From assembly GCA_964187785.1 (NCBI GenBank), contig OZ076409.1:77068001-77128000 (forward strand): a stretch of 60,000 nucleotides of DNA, in the 5' to 3' direction. The stretch is from Amphiscolops sp. MND2022 (taxonomy: Eukaryota). The translations under genes were made by a program, and so were the position numbers. This document shows positions 48,701 through 60,000 of this stretch, piece after piece. Below the pieces are notes generated by a model. It saw only the letters and a program-made list of their open reading frames with translations, made no database searches and was not told the DNA's origin. Each line of letters opens with the position of its first letter. Positions within the stretch are counted from its first letter, which is position 1.

Positions 48701-50700
48701 TTTTCGACTCCAAACTGTCAATCAGATCCTGAATGGAGTCCGAAATCAAAGCTGGAGACTCAGGATCTCCTTGCTGGGTCTCTTCACAAGATTTGATTAT
48801 TGAATCATCGTAAAAAGGAAAACTTGGCTGACTGTACGCCAAGTGTGAATACTTATAAACTTCGGGGTGTATCTCAAAAACGTTCTCTAGCATGAATTGC
48901 CGGTTAATCGAACTGAAAGCAGTTTCAAAGTCAGTTTTCAAAATTACGTTTTCTTTGGGCTGAGGGCTTTCTCAAAAGAATAGTATTTTCGCTTTCAGAA
49001 CACATATTAGATCATAAAGGGGTTAGACCTAAGTATTTTAGATAAAATTAGATCTGCAAGTTAGACCTAACAGTTAGATCTAACTCCAAAAGAACTTTTT
49101 TTGAGAACTTTCAAAACGGTTCCGTAATCATCACCTAAGTTTCCATCGTCAAGGTACCATAAGTTTATTTTCGACTCCAAACTGTCAATCAGATCCTGAA
49201 TGGAGTCCGAAATCAAAGCTGGAGACTCAGGATCTCCTTGCTGGGTCTCTTCACAAGATTTGATTACTGAATCATCGTAAAAAGGAAAACTTGGCTGACT
49301 GTACGCCGAGTGTGAATACTTATAAACTTCGGGGTGTATCTCAAAAACGTTCTCTAGCATGAATTGCCGGTTAATCGAACTGAAAGCGTTTTCAAAGTCA
49401 GTTTTCAAAATTACGTTTTCTTTGGGCTGAGGGCTTTCTATCAAACAACGGAAAACATGTGAGGCCAATTCAGCGCCCCGTATGGTGCCTACACCTACTT
49501 GTCGATTTCCAACTCTTGCGTGACGTGATTCGAAGACATGGTATCCGGCACATTTTGCGGACAATCGGCGTAAAGACTGCGATAGGACGAAGTCCTCTAT
49601 CGGGCTTTTTTTAGCGGAATTAGTTTCGCACCAAAGAAGTACGGCCTCAGTTCGAACGGTACTTTTCTTTCGAGAATCACATTCGCAAGATTTGTTAAGG
49701 CTCTGCGAAAATTCAGTCCAGTTTGCCCGTGCGACTTGGCAGTCAGATCTTTCAAATTTTGGGGCGAAATGCCATTCAACCTTGCACTAGAGCCGTTGGG
49801 GAAGGACATGAGAGCCTTGTGGAGGAAAAACTCCGAGGTTGAAAATCATTTGATATCTGTGGGGTTGGGAACAGAGCAAGTTTCCCTCAGCGGATGTCAG
49901 CTTAAATTGAGCGTAGTTGTTGACCGTGAAATCTGCAACCTTGTCGTCACCTACTGCCATTCTGATTCCGGCCTTGACATTACCTTCGTCTAATTTAGTG
50001 CAAATGGAATTCAGTCGTCGATCTAACTAGCTTTTCTGCTGCGGTTTTCTGTCGCGTTTTGGTTTTTCCTCAATGACACCATCCCGAATACGCTTGATGA
50101 TAATTACTAAGTGATGACCGCTGACGTTTACTTCCTCGAGGTGGTTTTTTGCAAAAATTAGCTTAGAGAGGAGAGCAGTGAGCGCCACAAGGCAATATTT
50201 GACAGGGTTTCACAAATATCATTAACTTTGAGTATCAATTTTTTTGCTAAGGGGTTCGGTGAATTTTAAGGAACTCCTTCCAAGTGAACAACGCCTGAAT
50301 TAAAAAGGGTGTCTGGTCTAAAGTTATCATCCTGACACTGAGGGATTGTGTTCACGAAAGAGCACCTACTATATTTAGATTCGGCAAGACTGCGGGCTTC
50401 CGTTTTCAATAAATTGGCGCATTTTATGTGATTCCATCCGTTGCAAAGCCTAACAATTTATCCAGTCTATCAACCCTGAGGGCTTTACACACTTCGGAGC
50501 GTTGCAGGTTTCGTTGTTTTTCATCACAACGCAACCTCGAAACCTAACCAATTGCAGCAATACCACATTTGGGTGTGCAAATTTCCCCAAAAAACAATCA
50601 CAACAGTGAAGCAATCCGTATATAGAACGAAACCTTGAATTGTTAAAATGAAACAAAAATGGAATTATCTCGCCGGGTTGTGATGGTTCTTTCAACTCAA
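45720..50700 (-). mobile_element. Decayed CRE-like non-LTR retrotransposon (RT plus restriction-like endonuclease) with an N-terminal PHD-like finger
   Basis: FFGAKLIPLKK, QVGVG..GAE, KTDFENAFSSINR, QQGDP, WYLDDG, SLPKLLYFLR, CHCG...HSLSC...RFSRH, RPDG...W..GKQLVWDVTVVD, AEARKIEKY, FQPVALEVHG. A C..C...DWINC..CNGWNHIKC pattern lies at about 50415-50510. Confidence 0.85.
46170..47389. mobile_element. Mutator-like non-autonomous element inserted in the RLE domain, containing two foldback insertions (46423-46619 and 46816-47078)
   Basis: 9-bp TSD AACACCGTC (46161-46169 and 47390-47398); TIR GGGTGGGCGGAAATAGGTCGA / TCGACCTATTTACAGCCACCC; TCGA-rich subterminal repeats. Confidence 0.82.
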
Positions 50701-51386
50701 GTGCAGCGACAAACCAACAAAACAGCGTCAGAGATGTTGTCCAAATGTCTCAAATTCAAATCATTGCCATCTCTGAAGCTATTCACCAAGTCCATCACAA
50801 CAATTAGGCTGGATTAGTCAGACAATTTTGATTAGAAAGCACATACTGAACCATTTTCATTCCAATTTTCATTGGATGGTCGGGAGAAAAAGACATGATT
50901 GCATTAATATACCAAGTTCACCAAGTTGACATTCGAAACACATAAAACCGATCTCACGTAAACCTAAACCTACGTCAGATAGTTCCCATCATGGTTTGGA
51001 AATTCAGCCTAATCCTAACACAAGTGACACCGGTTGTCCATTTTTATAGGTAAGAAGTAACAGAAAATCAATTGGAACCACGTTTCAATACAGCTCATTG
51101 TTCAGAAAGAGATTTTACCAAACCTTTCGAATATCAGTTTCAATATCCTAAAACACAATTCTGAACGAACATTTATCCAAGACTTTCCTCTAAAACAACC
51201 CAAATTGGCTGTTCTATAGGAAGGAGGTGAAATAAAAAAGACTGGTCAAAATAAAAGCGAGTATTCTCCGATTGAAAATTTTCTATTTTTCTATGTTAAT
51301 CAAATTAATATTCTAGAGAATAAAATCTTTTCGAAACTAGAATAACCGAAAAAGAAAGATTTCTTTTTCAGGTAAAACTGTTGATC

Positions 51387-54300
51387 ATGCATCCGTGTGA
51401 AACCTGCGGACAAGTTTTTACTTCTGGACGGTATTTGGACAACCATCTGAAAACAAAACATAACTCCTCGCAATTGGTGGATAATGCTAACTTATTTGAA
51501 TGCGGCGAATGTGGTTTCAGTTCAACAGGAGCGATAATCTTGCGAAACATCTGAGAAACGAACCTCCGTCCCCTTCGGTTCAACGATGTTTCTTTTGTTC
51601 AAAATACTTTGCACTGGAAATTTCTTTGGACAATCACGAGAAATTGGAACATGATCTCAATGAATCAAAACATCCGAAAAGGCAATCAACAATCTCAACG
51701 CCTGTGGATTTCACTACAACGGCCGTGAATAATACAACCAAAATACATCGATTGAAACTAACGGAAACTGATTCTTGTATCGATTCGTTCAACTGCGTGC
51801 TCTCTCAAAAACGGAGCATTTTAGATTTGGTGTACCAGAAACTATATGAATCTTTCAACTTGAATGTTTCATTTAGCATTGCCGTAAAGTTGGTGAAACC
51901 CTTGACTAGCGGATTCTGGACGTTTCGGTGACAAACGTTTCGGCGACAAAATGGCGGCGGACGTTTCGGCGACAAAGTCTTACATTGCGACGCCAATTAT
52001 TCTCAAGGGACTCTCGCGCAGCCTGATTAAAATCAGAAATAGGAAAGATAACTTTTTTCTTTATTGCGTGGCAGCAGCTATCTTTTGTTTCCTGGGACGA
52101 CAAAGTCATCCGCGTGATCAGAGACAGAATTTGAAGCATTTGAAATTCAATACGAAGCAAATGCCATTGCCGATATCCAGTATTCTAACATTCGAGAAGT
52201 CGAATGATGTTTCAATCAATGTGTATCAACTCGAAGGAAGGAAGTTGGTGGATGTGTTCTACAGTAAGAACAAATCGAAGCGGCGCATTAACCTTCTTCG
52301 TTTGACAGGGGACAGCAGGTATACTTATTGCCTCATCACAAATTTCTCCAACTTACTGGAGCAGCTGACACGATCAGAGAACAAACGTAGGAAGGGTTCG
52401 AAGTCAAAGTTCTGCTCCAATTGCTTCCAGCCAATTATGAAGAAAAACTTCAAGACACATTTCAAATTTTGTGACTCGAATTCTCCACTGAAATTCGGAT
52501 GCCTACTTCTGCCCCCTCCATCGGAATTGTCAATTGGCAAAAGACAGAGAGTTCCCATCGTAGTTTACGCGGATCTAGAAGCAATTGATGTTCGCTCAAT
52601 TTCACCAGTCACAGTGGGAGCCAACACAAAAGAAATTGAAAAACAGTATCCTGGCAGTTTCGGTGCCGTTCTCCTTGATTGTAGAAGTTAGTATGTCAAA
52701 AACATTCAATTTGAAAAATTATGTTTCCGGTCATATACAATTTTTCATTTAGGTAACTGTGTAAAAAACGGTTTTACAAAGGAAACGACTGTATTCAACG
52801 TCTAATGAGCCTTCTGCGTTCATGGTCATCGTGGTGTTTCAAAGAGAATTTGACTTGATGTTTTCTGCAGATATCTAAGGAAGATAGAAATTCTTTGATG
52901 AACCAAAATCACTTGACTTGTTGTATATGGGGCTGTGAGATGGAAGAAAATCAACGGGTGATTCATCATTGTCATTTAACGGCAGAAATTTTTGGAGCCG
53001 CTCATTCAAAGTGCAACCTACGCGCTAGAACAACAACATTCCCACCAATATTCTTCCACAGTTTCTCGCGGTATGACGCTCATCATATAATCTATAATCA
53101 AAAACTTAGGTATTGAACCCGGGGAGAAGTTATCGGCAATAGCAAAAAACGATGAAATCTATATTTCTTTTTCTCGAGACATTCCAACGAAAAAATTCAA
53201 AAGCAAAAAAGGGCAAGATGTCATTCATTATTATTCATTACGGATCCTGGACAACTTCCAGTTTATGTGTCAAATATTGGATTCCTTATCAAAAACATTT
53301 GAAGAGGAAGACTTCAAGCTGTTGAGAAATGGTTTCGCCAACATCAGAAATTCTGTTCAAAAAATTGAGAAGAAAAAGTTTTTCCCGATACAATTATGTG
53401 GATTCTTCCGAAAATTTCAGGAAAACCGTCCCACCTTTCGATTCTGATTGGTTCAATACATTAAGAGTGTTGAAATTACGAAGCAAGAGTACAGTTTTGC
53501 CGTGGATATATACAACGCTTTCGGTTGCAAAAGTTTGGGCAATTACCATGATATATATCTGAAAACTGTTGTGTATATTCTTGCCGACATATTCCAAAGG
53601 TGTAAAAAGGTTTGTATACAAGCTTACAGGTTGGATCCAAATCACTTTTATTCCGCTCCGAACTTGAGCTGGGATGCCATGCTCATCACTACTGGTGTCA
53701 AATTGGAGTTATTGCAGGACATTAATCAGCTCTTTTTTTAGAGAGGGCAATCCGAGGGGGAATCAGGGGACTTGGTGCACTGAGGCATTTTGAGGCAAAC
53801 AACAAGTATCTTGATAATTTCAATCCTGAAAAGCACATGACTTTTGGGGCGTTTTTTGATGTAACATCTCTTTACGCTGGATAGATGCAGAGAGATGCTC
53901 TTGGCGGTTACCGGTGGTGCCCAGAGGTCACTTTGAAAGACATGTTAGCGACACGATTCTCCTTTTGGCTATTCTGTCGAGGTTGATCTTGAGTACCTTG
54001 ATGAATTACATGATTGTCATAATGATCTTCCACTAGCTCCATAAAAACTTAATATACCTAAAGAATGGACATCGAACTATGCCAAGTCTTTTGGTATAAG
54101 AATTAGTTCGGGAACAGCAAAGCTTGTGGAGACGCTCTCCGATAAAAAAATTACATTTGTCATTACGAAAACCTCAAGTTTTACCTGAAGCATTGTCTTA
54201 AAGTTGCCACTCCACACAGAGCTGTACATTTCAACAGTCAAAATTGTCAAAATTTCAACAGTCAAAGTGTACCTATATTGCCAAAAACACTGCCATGCGC

Positions 54301-55133
54301 AAAAATGCGCGGAATGCTTTCGAGAAAAACTTTTACAAATTAGTGTCCAAGCTTCTTCTGGTAAAACAATGGAAAATCTTCGGAGGCGCAGTAGCTTGAA
54401 GTTTGTTTCAACTAAGTCTCAAGCAGAAGCTTTTATTCATCGAGCCACATTTAAAGGGGTTCAAAATTATAAGCGAAATTTTTGAAACTGTTTCTATCAA
54501 TGCTTCATCAGTCGTATGGAATGAACTGACGCTCGTTGGGGCTAGTATATTGGATTTGTCGAAACTTTATTTATACAGGTTCCACTATGAAGAAATAATT
54601 CCTCGTTGTGGACTGAAGGTCGTCTACAAAGACACAGATTCTCTGCTCTATCGAATCAAAACTGCAGATCTGTAGGAAAATATGACAAAGTTCAAGCATC
54701 TCTTGGACCTTTCTGACTACCCTGTCGACCATTTCTTCCACGATAAAACCAATAAAAAGGTACCGCTAACAATGACAGATGAATTGAATGGAAAAGTTTT
54801 GAAAGAAGTTGTATGTTTAAGATCAAAGTTGTTTAGTATCGATTATGTGGGCGGAACTGAACAGAGCGCAAAAGGTGTTCAAAACTCTGTCAAGATAACG
54901 CTACATCATGATGAGTTCAAAGAATGTCTGCTATCTCAATCTACTGTGGAAAAAAGATGATTCAACTCAAGTCAGTCTGTCATCAAATTACTATCAACTC
55001 TATGAACAAAGTTGCATTGAGTTGCAACGACGATAGGCGGTACATTTTGGTCGATACTGTATCCTCCCTTGCGTATGGGCATTATTCCTTGAGAATGTCT
55101 GGGCTTCGAAAAAGTGAGTACATTTCTTCTTAG
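51387..55133 (+). pseudogene. Protein-primed DNA polymerase B with three N-terminal C2H2 fingers and an endonuclease VII-like segment; many stops and frameshifts; probable intron 52687-52752
   Basis: INVYQL, VYADLEAI, HHCHLTAEIFGAAHSKCNL, FH.FSRYDAH, LDPNHFYSAPNLSWDAML, AIRGG, FDVTSLY, GKTMENLR, YKDTDSL, AKGV, DDRRYIL, LAYGHY. Confidence 0.92.
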
Positions 55134-55799
55134 GAAAAGTGTAGACGAGTTCTCTATCTAAATGCTTGATTGATATAACTTTCTCCAAGGTCAGAGTGAG
55201 TCTTCCTAGAATTCAAGTGCTTCAACTGATTCAATTGCCAAAAGTACACTAGAAGCTGAATCTGACGAGCAGAAAGATAGTGATGTCGATACTTCCTCTC
55301 TAACCATTGCAAGTAACTCAACTTCTAGCAACAACACTCCTGGGGTCAATGAACGCAGTTTATTAGCAGAAGCTTGGACCTCTGTGAATTTCAGTGAGCC
55401 TTCAAAGTTTCTGCTTTGTATGTTAAAATAATTGCCCTTGTTTGTGAAAATAAATTTGTAAGCGCCTCCGGACCCTGGCTTCCATCTTAACCGTTCGGAC
55501 AGTTTGTGTTCAGCTCAATATGTCAACGTTGAGACTCTAAGGGATGATGAAAAATCCAATTACGAAGTTGCAACTTTTGTTTGCCCGTTCATTGAGTATG
55601 AGGCCATTGAAAGTGATGGAAGTCTCGATATTGACTCACTCCAACCTCCCGCTAAAAGAAGTTACCAAATGTAAAACTTTACTAACTACTGTTTTATACA
55701 CTTGCACATAAAATAATATTGACATAACGGGTTTAATTCAACGTAAAATTTTTTTTCATCAATTTTTTTTACAGTGATCGTTGCAAAATAAAACCGACT

Positions 55800-56340
55800 T
55801 AGTTTCCTGTAAATATTTAAGCACTTGCAACTGAGTTGAATCAAGGGAGTGAAAGTTTGAAAACTTGACAGGTTGTTGATCAAAGAGACGAATAAAAAAA
55901 TGAGATGAAAAGACGATGGAGACCACAAGTGTTTGAATGCGGCGTTTGTGGTGGCAAACTTATCTCGAAAAGTTTTGCATTGCCCCTTTTTCTCAAAAAA
56001 GTTTGCAAAAGATGAACAACAGTAGTGTATTTCTGAATGGGGCGACCCGATGGATCCCATGTGCAAACAATTATTTCGAATGCCTCTTCACAAACACTTC
56101 TGGTTGCAGTATGATCAATACCAACCAATATTGTCCGGTTGCTACCAATGGAAATGTATTAATGATAAAATACGAAAGCAGAAAAGTAGTCTCAAAATCA
56201 CTCACTGTCGTATCAACGGCAACGTTTTTACTCATCTCCAATGATGGTAGTACGAAATTGTTTGCCGACTAAACGCCTGCACAATTTAAATGCGACTAGA
56301 CACAGCAGTTTTGAGCCAACTTTGTGAGTGTAAACGTGTC
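55800..56340 (-). pseudogene. Adenain-like cysteine protease (Polinton PRO), frameshifted
   Basis: FIINT...GQYWLVL (catalytic His position appears as Tyr), WDPSGRP, and QTPHSNTCGLH. Confidence 0.7.
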
Positions 56341-56342
56341 CA

Positions 56343-57700
56343 TTATTTGCTTCGGCAATTCTTCCGTATTTTGCCTCCAGAATCAATAAATACTTGACTA
56401 AACAGCTCACCACTTAGGAAAAGTTCCACTGGGTCCGCCAAGGCTTCTGAAAAGTCCAATTTTAGTGTAATGCAATCTCCCGTAATTTCGGGAAACAAAG
56501 TGAGCGGTTTGCTCGATTCTCTCGAAGACGTCAAGTCAAAAACTAGGAAGAAATGATTATCTTCAAAGTCTGCCATTTCGATGCCATTTCCACTGTCGCA
56601 AACCCTAGTGCACAAATGGTGTTGCAATTTGTCTTCTTTATAGGTGTTCCAGCATTTGGGGCTCCATTGCCGCGCTGAATTTCAACTTTGTTGAGGTTGA
56701 AATTTCTGTTTCGGAAGGGCGTGCATTCAATAGTAGGTCCGCGAAAAAATTTGTTTCTCACAATGCACAAAAAAACCAACCTTCGGATGGGTTCCGTTTA
56801 AAAAATAATTTACTTCACGAAGCAATTTTGGCCAGCTTGAATATTGAAGCTCTTGTTCAGGCTTTCAATGTAAGGATAGACTGCGTCGTTTTTCAACAAC
56901 GCTTTTTCTATGCTGACTTTAACTGAATCAGACAGCACAATTTTGTTAACAAAAACTGAAGCCCTTTCAATAACTACAGAAGAAGGGAATTGGTCGAGTC
57001 GTTTTACATCGTCCAAAGTCAATGTTTCTACGTTTTCGAAAGCACAACTGCTCGGCGATCTGTAAAAGCGCAAATACAGCGAAACTCCCGGCGAAAGTAA
57101 CTGCTCACAATCCAAAAAGTCAATGTGCGGAGCGCCATAAAAATCAATTTCGAGTTCTTCGCTTTTTCGAAAATTGTCTAGCTGCTTCTCCTTGAGCTCT
57201 TGATTAGACTTTTCATTCAGTCTGTACTGATAGCCTTGACATTGAGCCCGCGTTGTTTTGCTGGCAAGGTATGTTGTAAGCTCCGTTTCAATAAAGGCCA
57301 AATGATGATAGTTGTTGTTGCTGCTGGAAAACAATTTTCCATCGAGGAAAAGTTCCACGTGTGAGAATAGCGAATGTAAAAGATTGTTTGCAAATGTGGG
57401 CTTACTGTCGGCAGGTTTAACGTTGTCTTTGCCATCTGACCCTTAAATACAAATCTCTAGAGCTAGGCAAACGCGGTTCAAGTCTATACAATTTTTGTTT
57501 TCAGCTGTAACAACAAAATCCAGCTGAAGTCCGCGACACCCAACATGCGGAAACACTTCCTGATCAAAAGAACATTCTTAATTGATCAACACTGTCGGTT
57601 GCTCGAAAACGTCGAGAGCACTGTATGTATCTGGTCGAACAATTTCTGAACCTTTACTGGATAAAATGCTGGGTGTCCCGTTGCCACTAACACTATTCAC
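56343..57700 (-). pseudogene. Polinton major capsid protein (double jelly-roll), disrupted
   Basis: ALDVFEQP, IDLNRVCL, FANNLLHSLFSHVELFLDGKLFSSSNNNYHHLAFIETEL, FYGAPHIDFL, YPY, FLVFDLT, LKLDFSEAL. Confidence 0.85.
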
Positions 57701-57704
57701 TGTT

Positions 57705-58191
57705 TGCTTGTTTCAAACAAAGCTTACGTTGGCAAGAATCTCGGACCCACTTCTTTTCTCGAAATGGCCGGCAGAGGTTTGCTAGCAGCTGTGATATTCT
57801 TATCTCTGCCCTTGCTAGCGGAACAGGAACCCGAGTGGTGCGACTGTCCGATCGGCGCCGCTTTCCGTCGCGAAACTTCGGTTGCCGGTCACCCGTCGTC
57901 AGTTTTCAATGTCTTCATTGCGCTTTTCTTCGAAACATCTTTCAAGGCTTTGCGAGGTCGCTTTTTGCCAGCAACAACGTTTGACAGTTCAGGAACAAAT
58001 GCTGAAATTAAATTGTTTCCAAACTCTTTTGCTACTGGCAAGAAGTACTTTTTTTACAATTGGTACAGCTACCCTCCCATTTGCATGGCAAACGTGCCCA
58101 TTCCACCGGATCCAAATTGTCTTGCCGGTCCAAGAAAATTAGACTGATGATGATTTTGTAGCCGAAATTGTGAATCGTAATGAGAATCCAT
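57705..58191 (-). pseudogene. Small basic Polinton protein (putative virion core protein), disrupted
   Basis: MDSHYDSQF...FLGPARQFGSGGMG...KKYFLPVAKEFG with a K/R-rich tail; located between the minor and major capsid genes. Confidence 0.55.
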
Positions 58192-58234
58192 AGGGCGACT
58201 GTTTTTCGTGAAGACTGCGGCTAGAAAGCAATTT

Positions 58235-59111
58235 TCAACGTCGACGAAAAGGCAGTGTAATGTTGGTGCGACCTTGACTTAGGAAGGGCATCAATTGACC
58301 AGACTCGCTACGCAGCAAAACTGTTATCGACTCAATGCTCGATTTGACTATTCGTTGCCATTGAAGATTGGTAAATGTTTGATAGTTTAAGTGTTGCCCA
58401 GGTTGGTCAATTTGGAGTGGTATTGCACGTAAAAGCGCAGTCTGAGTGTCCCATAAATTTTCATTTTGCACTAAGTCGCAATAGAGAAAAATTGTGTGGC
58501 ACCCACCTCTGAGGTCTATTGGGAAACGGCCAAAAGTCTTTGATTTGACATTGTTGATGACTGAAGATGAACTGGCCTCAGACTTGATGATAGTTTTCAT
58601 TCCCAATACGTTTTGCAGGTCGTTTGATGTAGCTTCCAGTAGAATGCACTCCCTTTTGCTACCCTCGAAGTAGACCTTTAACGTTTGTGAGAGTTTGTCG
58701 ACCTTCCACGTAACTGGCATCTTTGCAGCATTCGGAAAGACCCTTTTGAAAATGCTCTCTAAACTTTGGTCCACAGACAAGTACATTCCTGCTCTGATGT
58801 TTCCGCGCCGCGGCTCGATGGAACCTTCTTATTGTATACATTGTCATCACGCCATATGCTCGTTTCCGATTTTTCTCGAGGAGTATCTCCTCATTATCTT
58901 CAATTGGTTTTATTAATTTGTACTCAAAATCACGCCTTGTAATGTTTTGAATTGCTGCATGCCATGAGATTTCCGATACGGCCGCTTCTCAACATCCAGA
59001 TAATGAGAGCTGTTGGGGTAACAGTGTTGTGAATTGTGCCAGTGTGTTGTTGGGGAAGGTTGACTTTGAGTGGTTGGACACTAAATTGATTGTAAAGTCT
59101 ACGGAGTGCAT
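58235..59111 (-). pseudogene. Polinton minor capsid (penton) protein, disrupted
   Basis: FTINLVSNHSKSTFPNNTLAQFTTLLP...EAAVSEISW; IFLYCDLVQ...TALLRAIP...IESITVLLRSESGQLMPF..GRTNITL.F. Confidence 0.82.
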
Positions 59112-59136
59112 TTTCCTTGAGATTGCTGCCGAGTAA

Positions 59137-60000
59137 TCACAAAGAATCGTCGAATTTTGTTAATTCGGATTCGTTAAATTTCCCTAGAATCAACTGGTTG
59201 TTGGTGTCTTCAATCGTGTAAGTGGGGGTAAGTGTTTGTATCGCGGTTATTGTAAAAAGTTCCTTGGTGAATTGAATGCGGTACCCTCTGTGGAAAGTCT
59301 CAATTTTCCGTTTGATTCTAACTTTTTGACCAGCTTGAAACTTTGGTCGACGGGGAGCAATTGAGTTTTGTAATGATATCACGCACGGGACATCACACTG
59401 ACGAACTGCTTGTGGAGCTAATTTTGTGACACGGTTCACTCGACTATTTAAGACATTATAGAAGTGCTGCAGGTTCTCTGCGTTTGTATTGGTGTTATTT
59501 TCGTGTAAGTATTTGAAAATTAGTGCCTTCAGTAATCAAATAGTGCGCTCTTCAAAAGCTGATTTCGTTTCGCTGTGTGTGGAATAAATTTCGATATCAT
59601 TTTCAGTGCATTATTTTAAAAACTGCCCCGCTAATTCCCGGCCTTTGTCGACTCAATTTATTTCTGGTTTATGAAAAACTCCAGACAATGCTGAGCAATA
59701 CTTAGGGTTTGATTGATTGTTGCCTTTGGACTGAATATTCTTTATGATTGTCTCTGAAGCATTACATTCGGCTGCCGTTTTTCGTTTCGAAGACATTGCC
59801 CAAATAAAGCGACTGAGAATGTCAACAGCAACCAGTATATATTTTGCTCCATTGTTGTATCTTGCCAAAATTTGCATCTTGCTCAGGTCAATTGACCAAA
59901 TCTCATTTAGCTGATAGCTCTGAACTTTCAAGCGGAGAAAACTGTTTGAATTTTGTATAGGTTTCACTGCGATTGAGATAGTCGTCGACTTGTTTGTAGT
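59137..60000 (-). pseudogene. Polinton retroviral-like integrase, disrupted, 5' end outside the window
   Basis: EIWSIDL, KYILVAVDILSRF, VDKGRE, KSAFEERTI, PKFQAGQKVRI, FHRGYRIQFTKELF. Confidence 0.88.

Larger units (their letters stand above)
51000..60000. mobile_element. Decayed Polinton/Maverick (endogenous polintovirus-like element) running off the right edge of the window
   Basis: pPolB on the plus strand converges with protease, major capsid, core-like, minor capsid and integrase genes on the minus strand. The terminal inverted repeat was not identified. Confidence 0.9.

Noticed and set aside
50700..51050. Polinton left terminal inverted repeat
   Set aside because: No clear AG-type terminus was found and the other end is outside the window, so the boundary cannot be placed.

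Overview
AT-rich eukaryotic DNA with spliceosomal GT-AG introns, probably from an invertebrate animal, and dominated by transposons. (1) 1-11202 is the 3' half of an unusually large Ty3/Gypsy LTR retrotransposon. After the RNase H-integrase part of pol it carries about 8.6 kb of accessory DNA: a five-exon antisense gene (about 1090 aa, with a BED-type zinc finger), an orphan sense ORF with a CxxC motif, three same-orientation arrays of a 17-bp core repeated every 32-33 bp, and a 3' LTR containing the start of a gag-like ORF. (2) 11.2-17.1 kb holds DINE-1/Helentron-like repeats, tRNA-derived SINEs and a mini-hAT element. (3) There are two host genes on the minus strand: an intronless RING-finger gene (17859-19628) and a six-exon PM20D2-like M20D amidohydrolase (22857-31684) whose introns contain MITEs, a hAT relic, a LINE fragment and HINEs. 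(4) 31.7-46 kb is a nested segmental duplication of a satellite/CR1-like LINE block with one breakpoint at the PM20D2 start codon. (5) 45.7-50.7 kb is a decayed CRE-like RLE retrotransposon interrupted by a 9-bp-TSD element containing foldbacks. (6) 51-60 kb is a decayed Polinton/Maverick (pPolB with a probable intron, protease, major capsid, core-like protein, minor capsid, integrase). The best candidate for an undescribed system is the Gypsy accessory module: an antisense spliced BED-finger gene plus phased repeat arrays. All family assignments come from reading motifs by eye; no database search was run.
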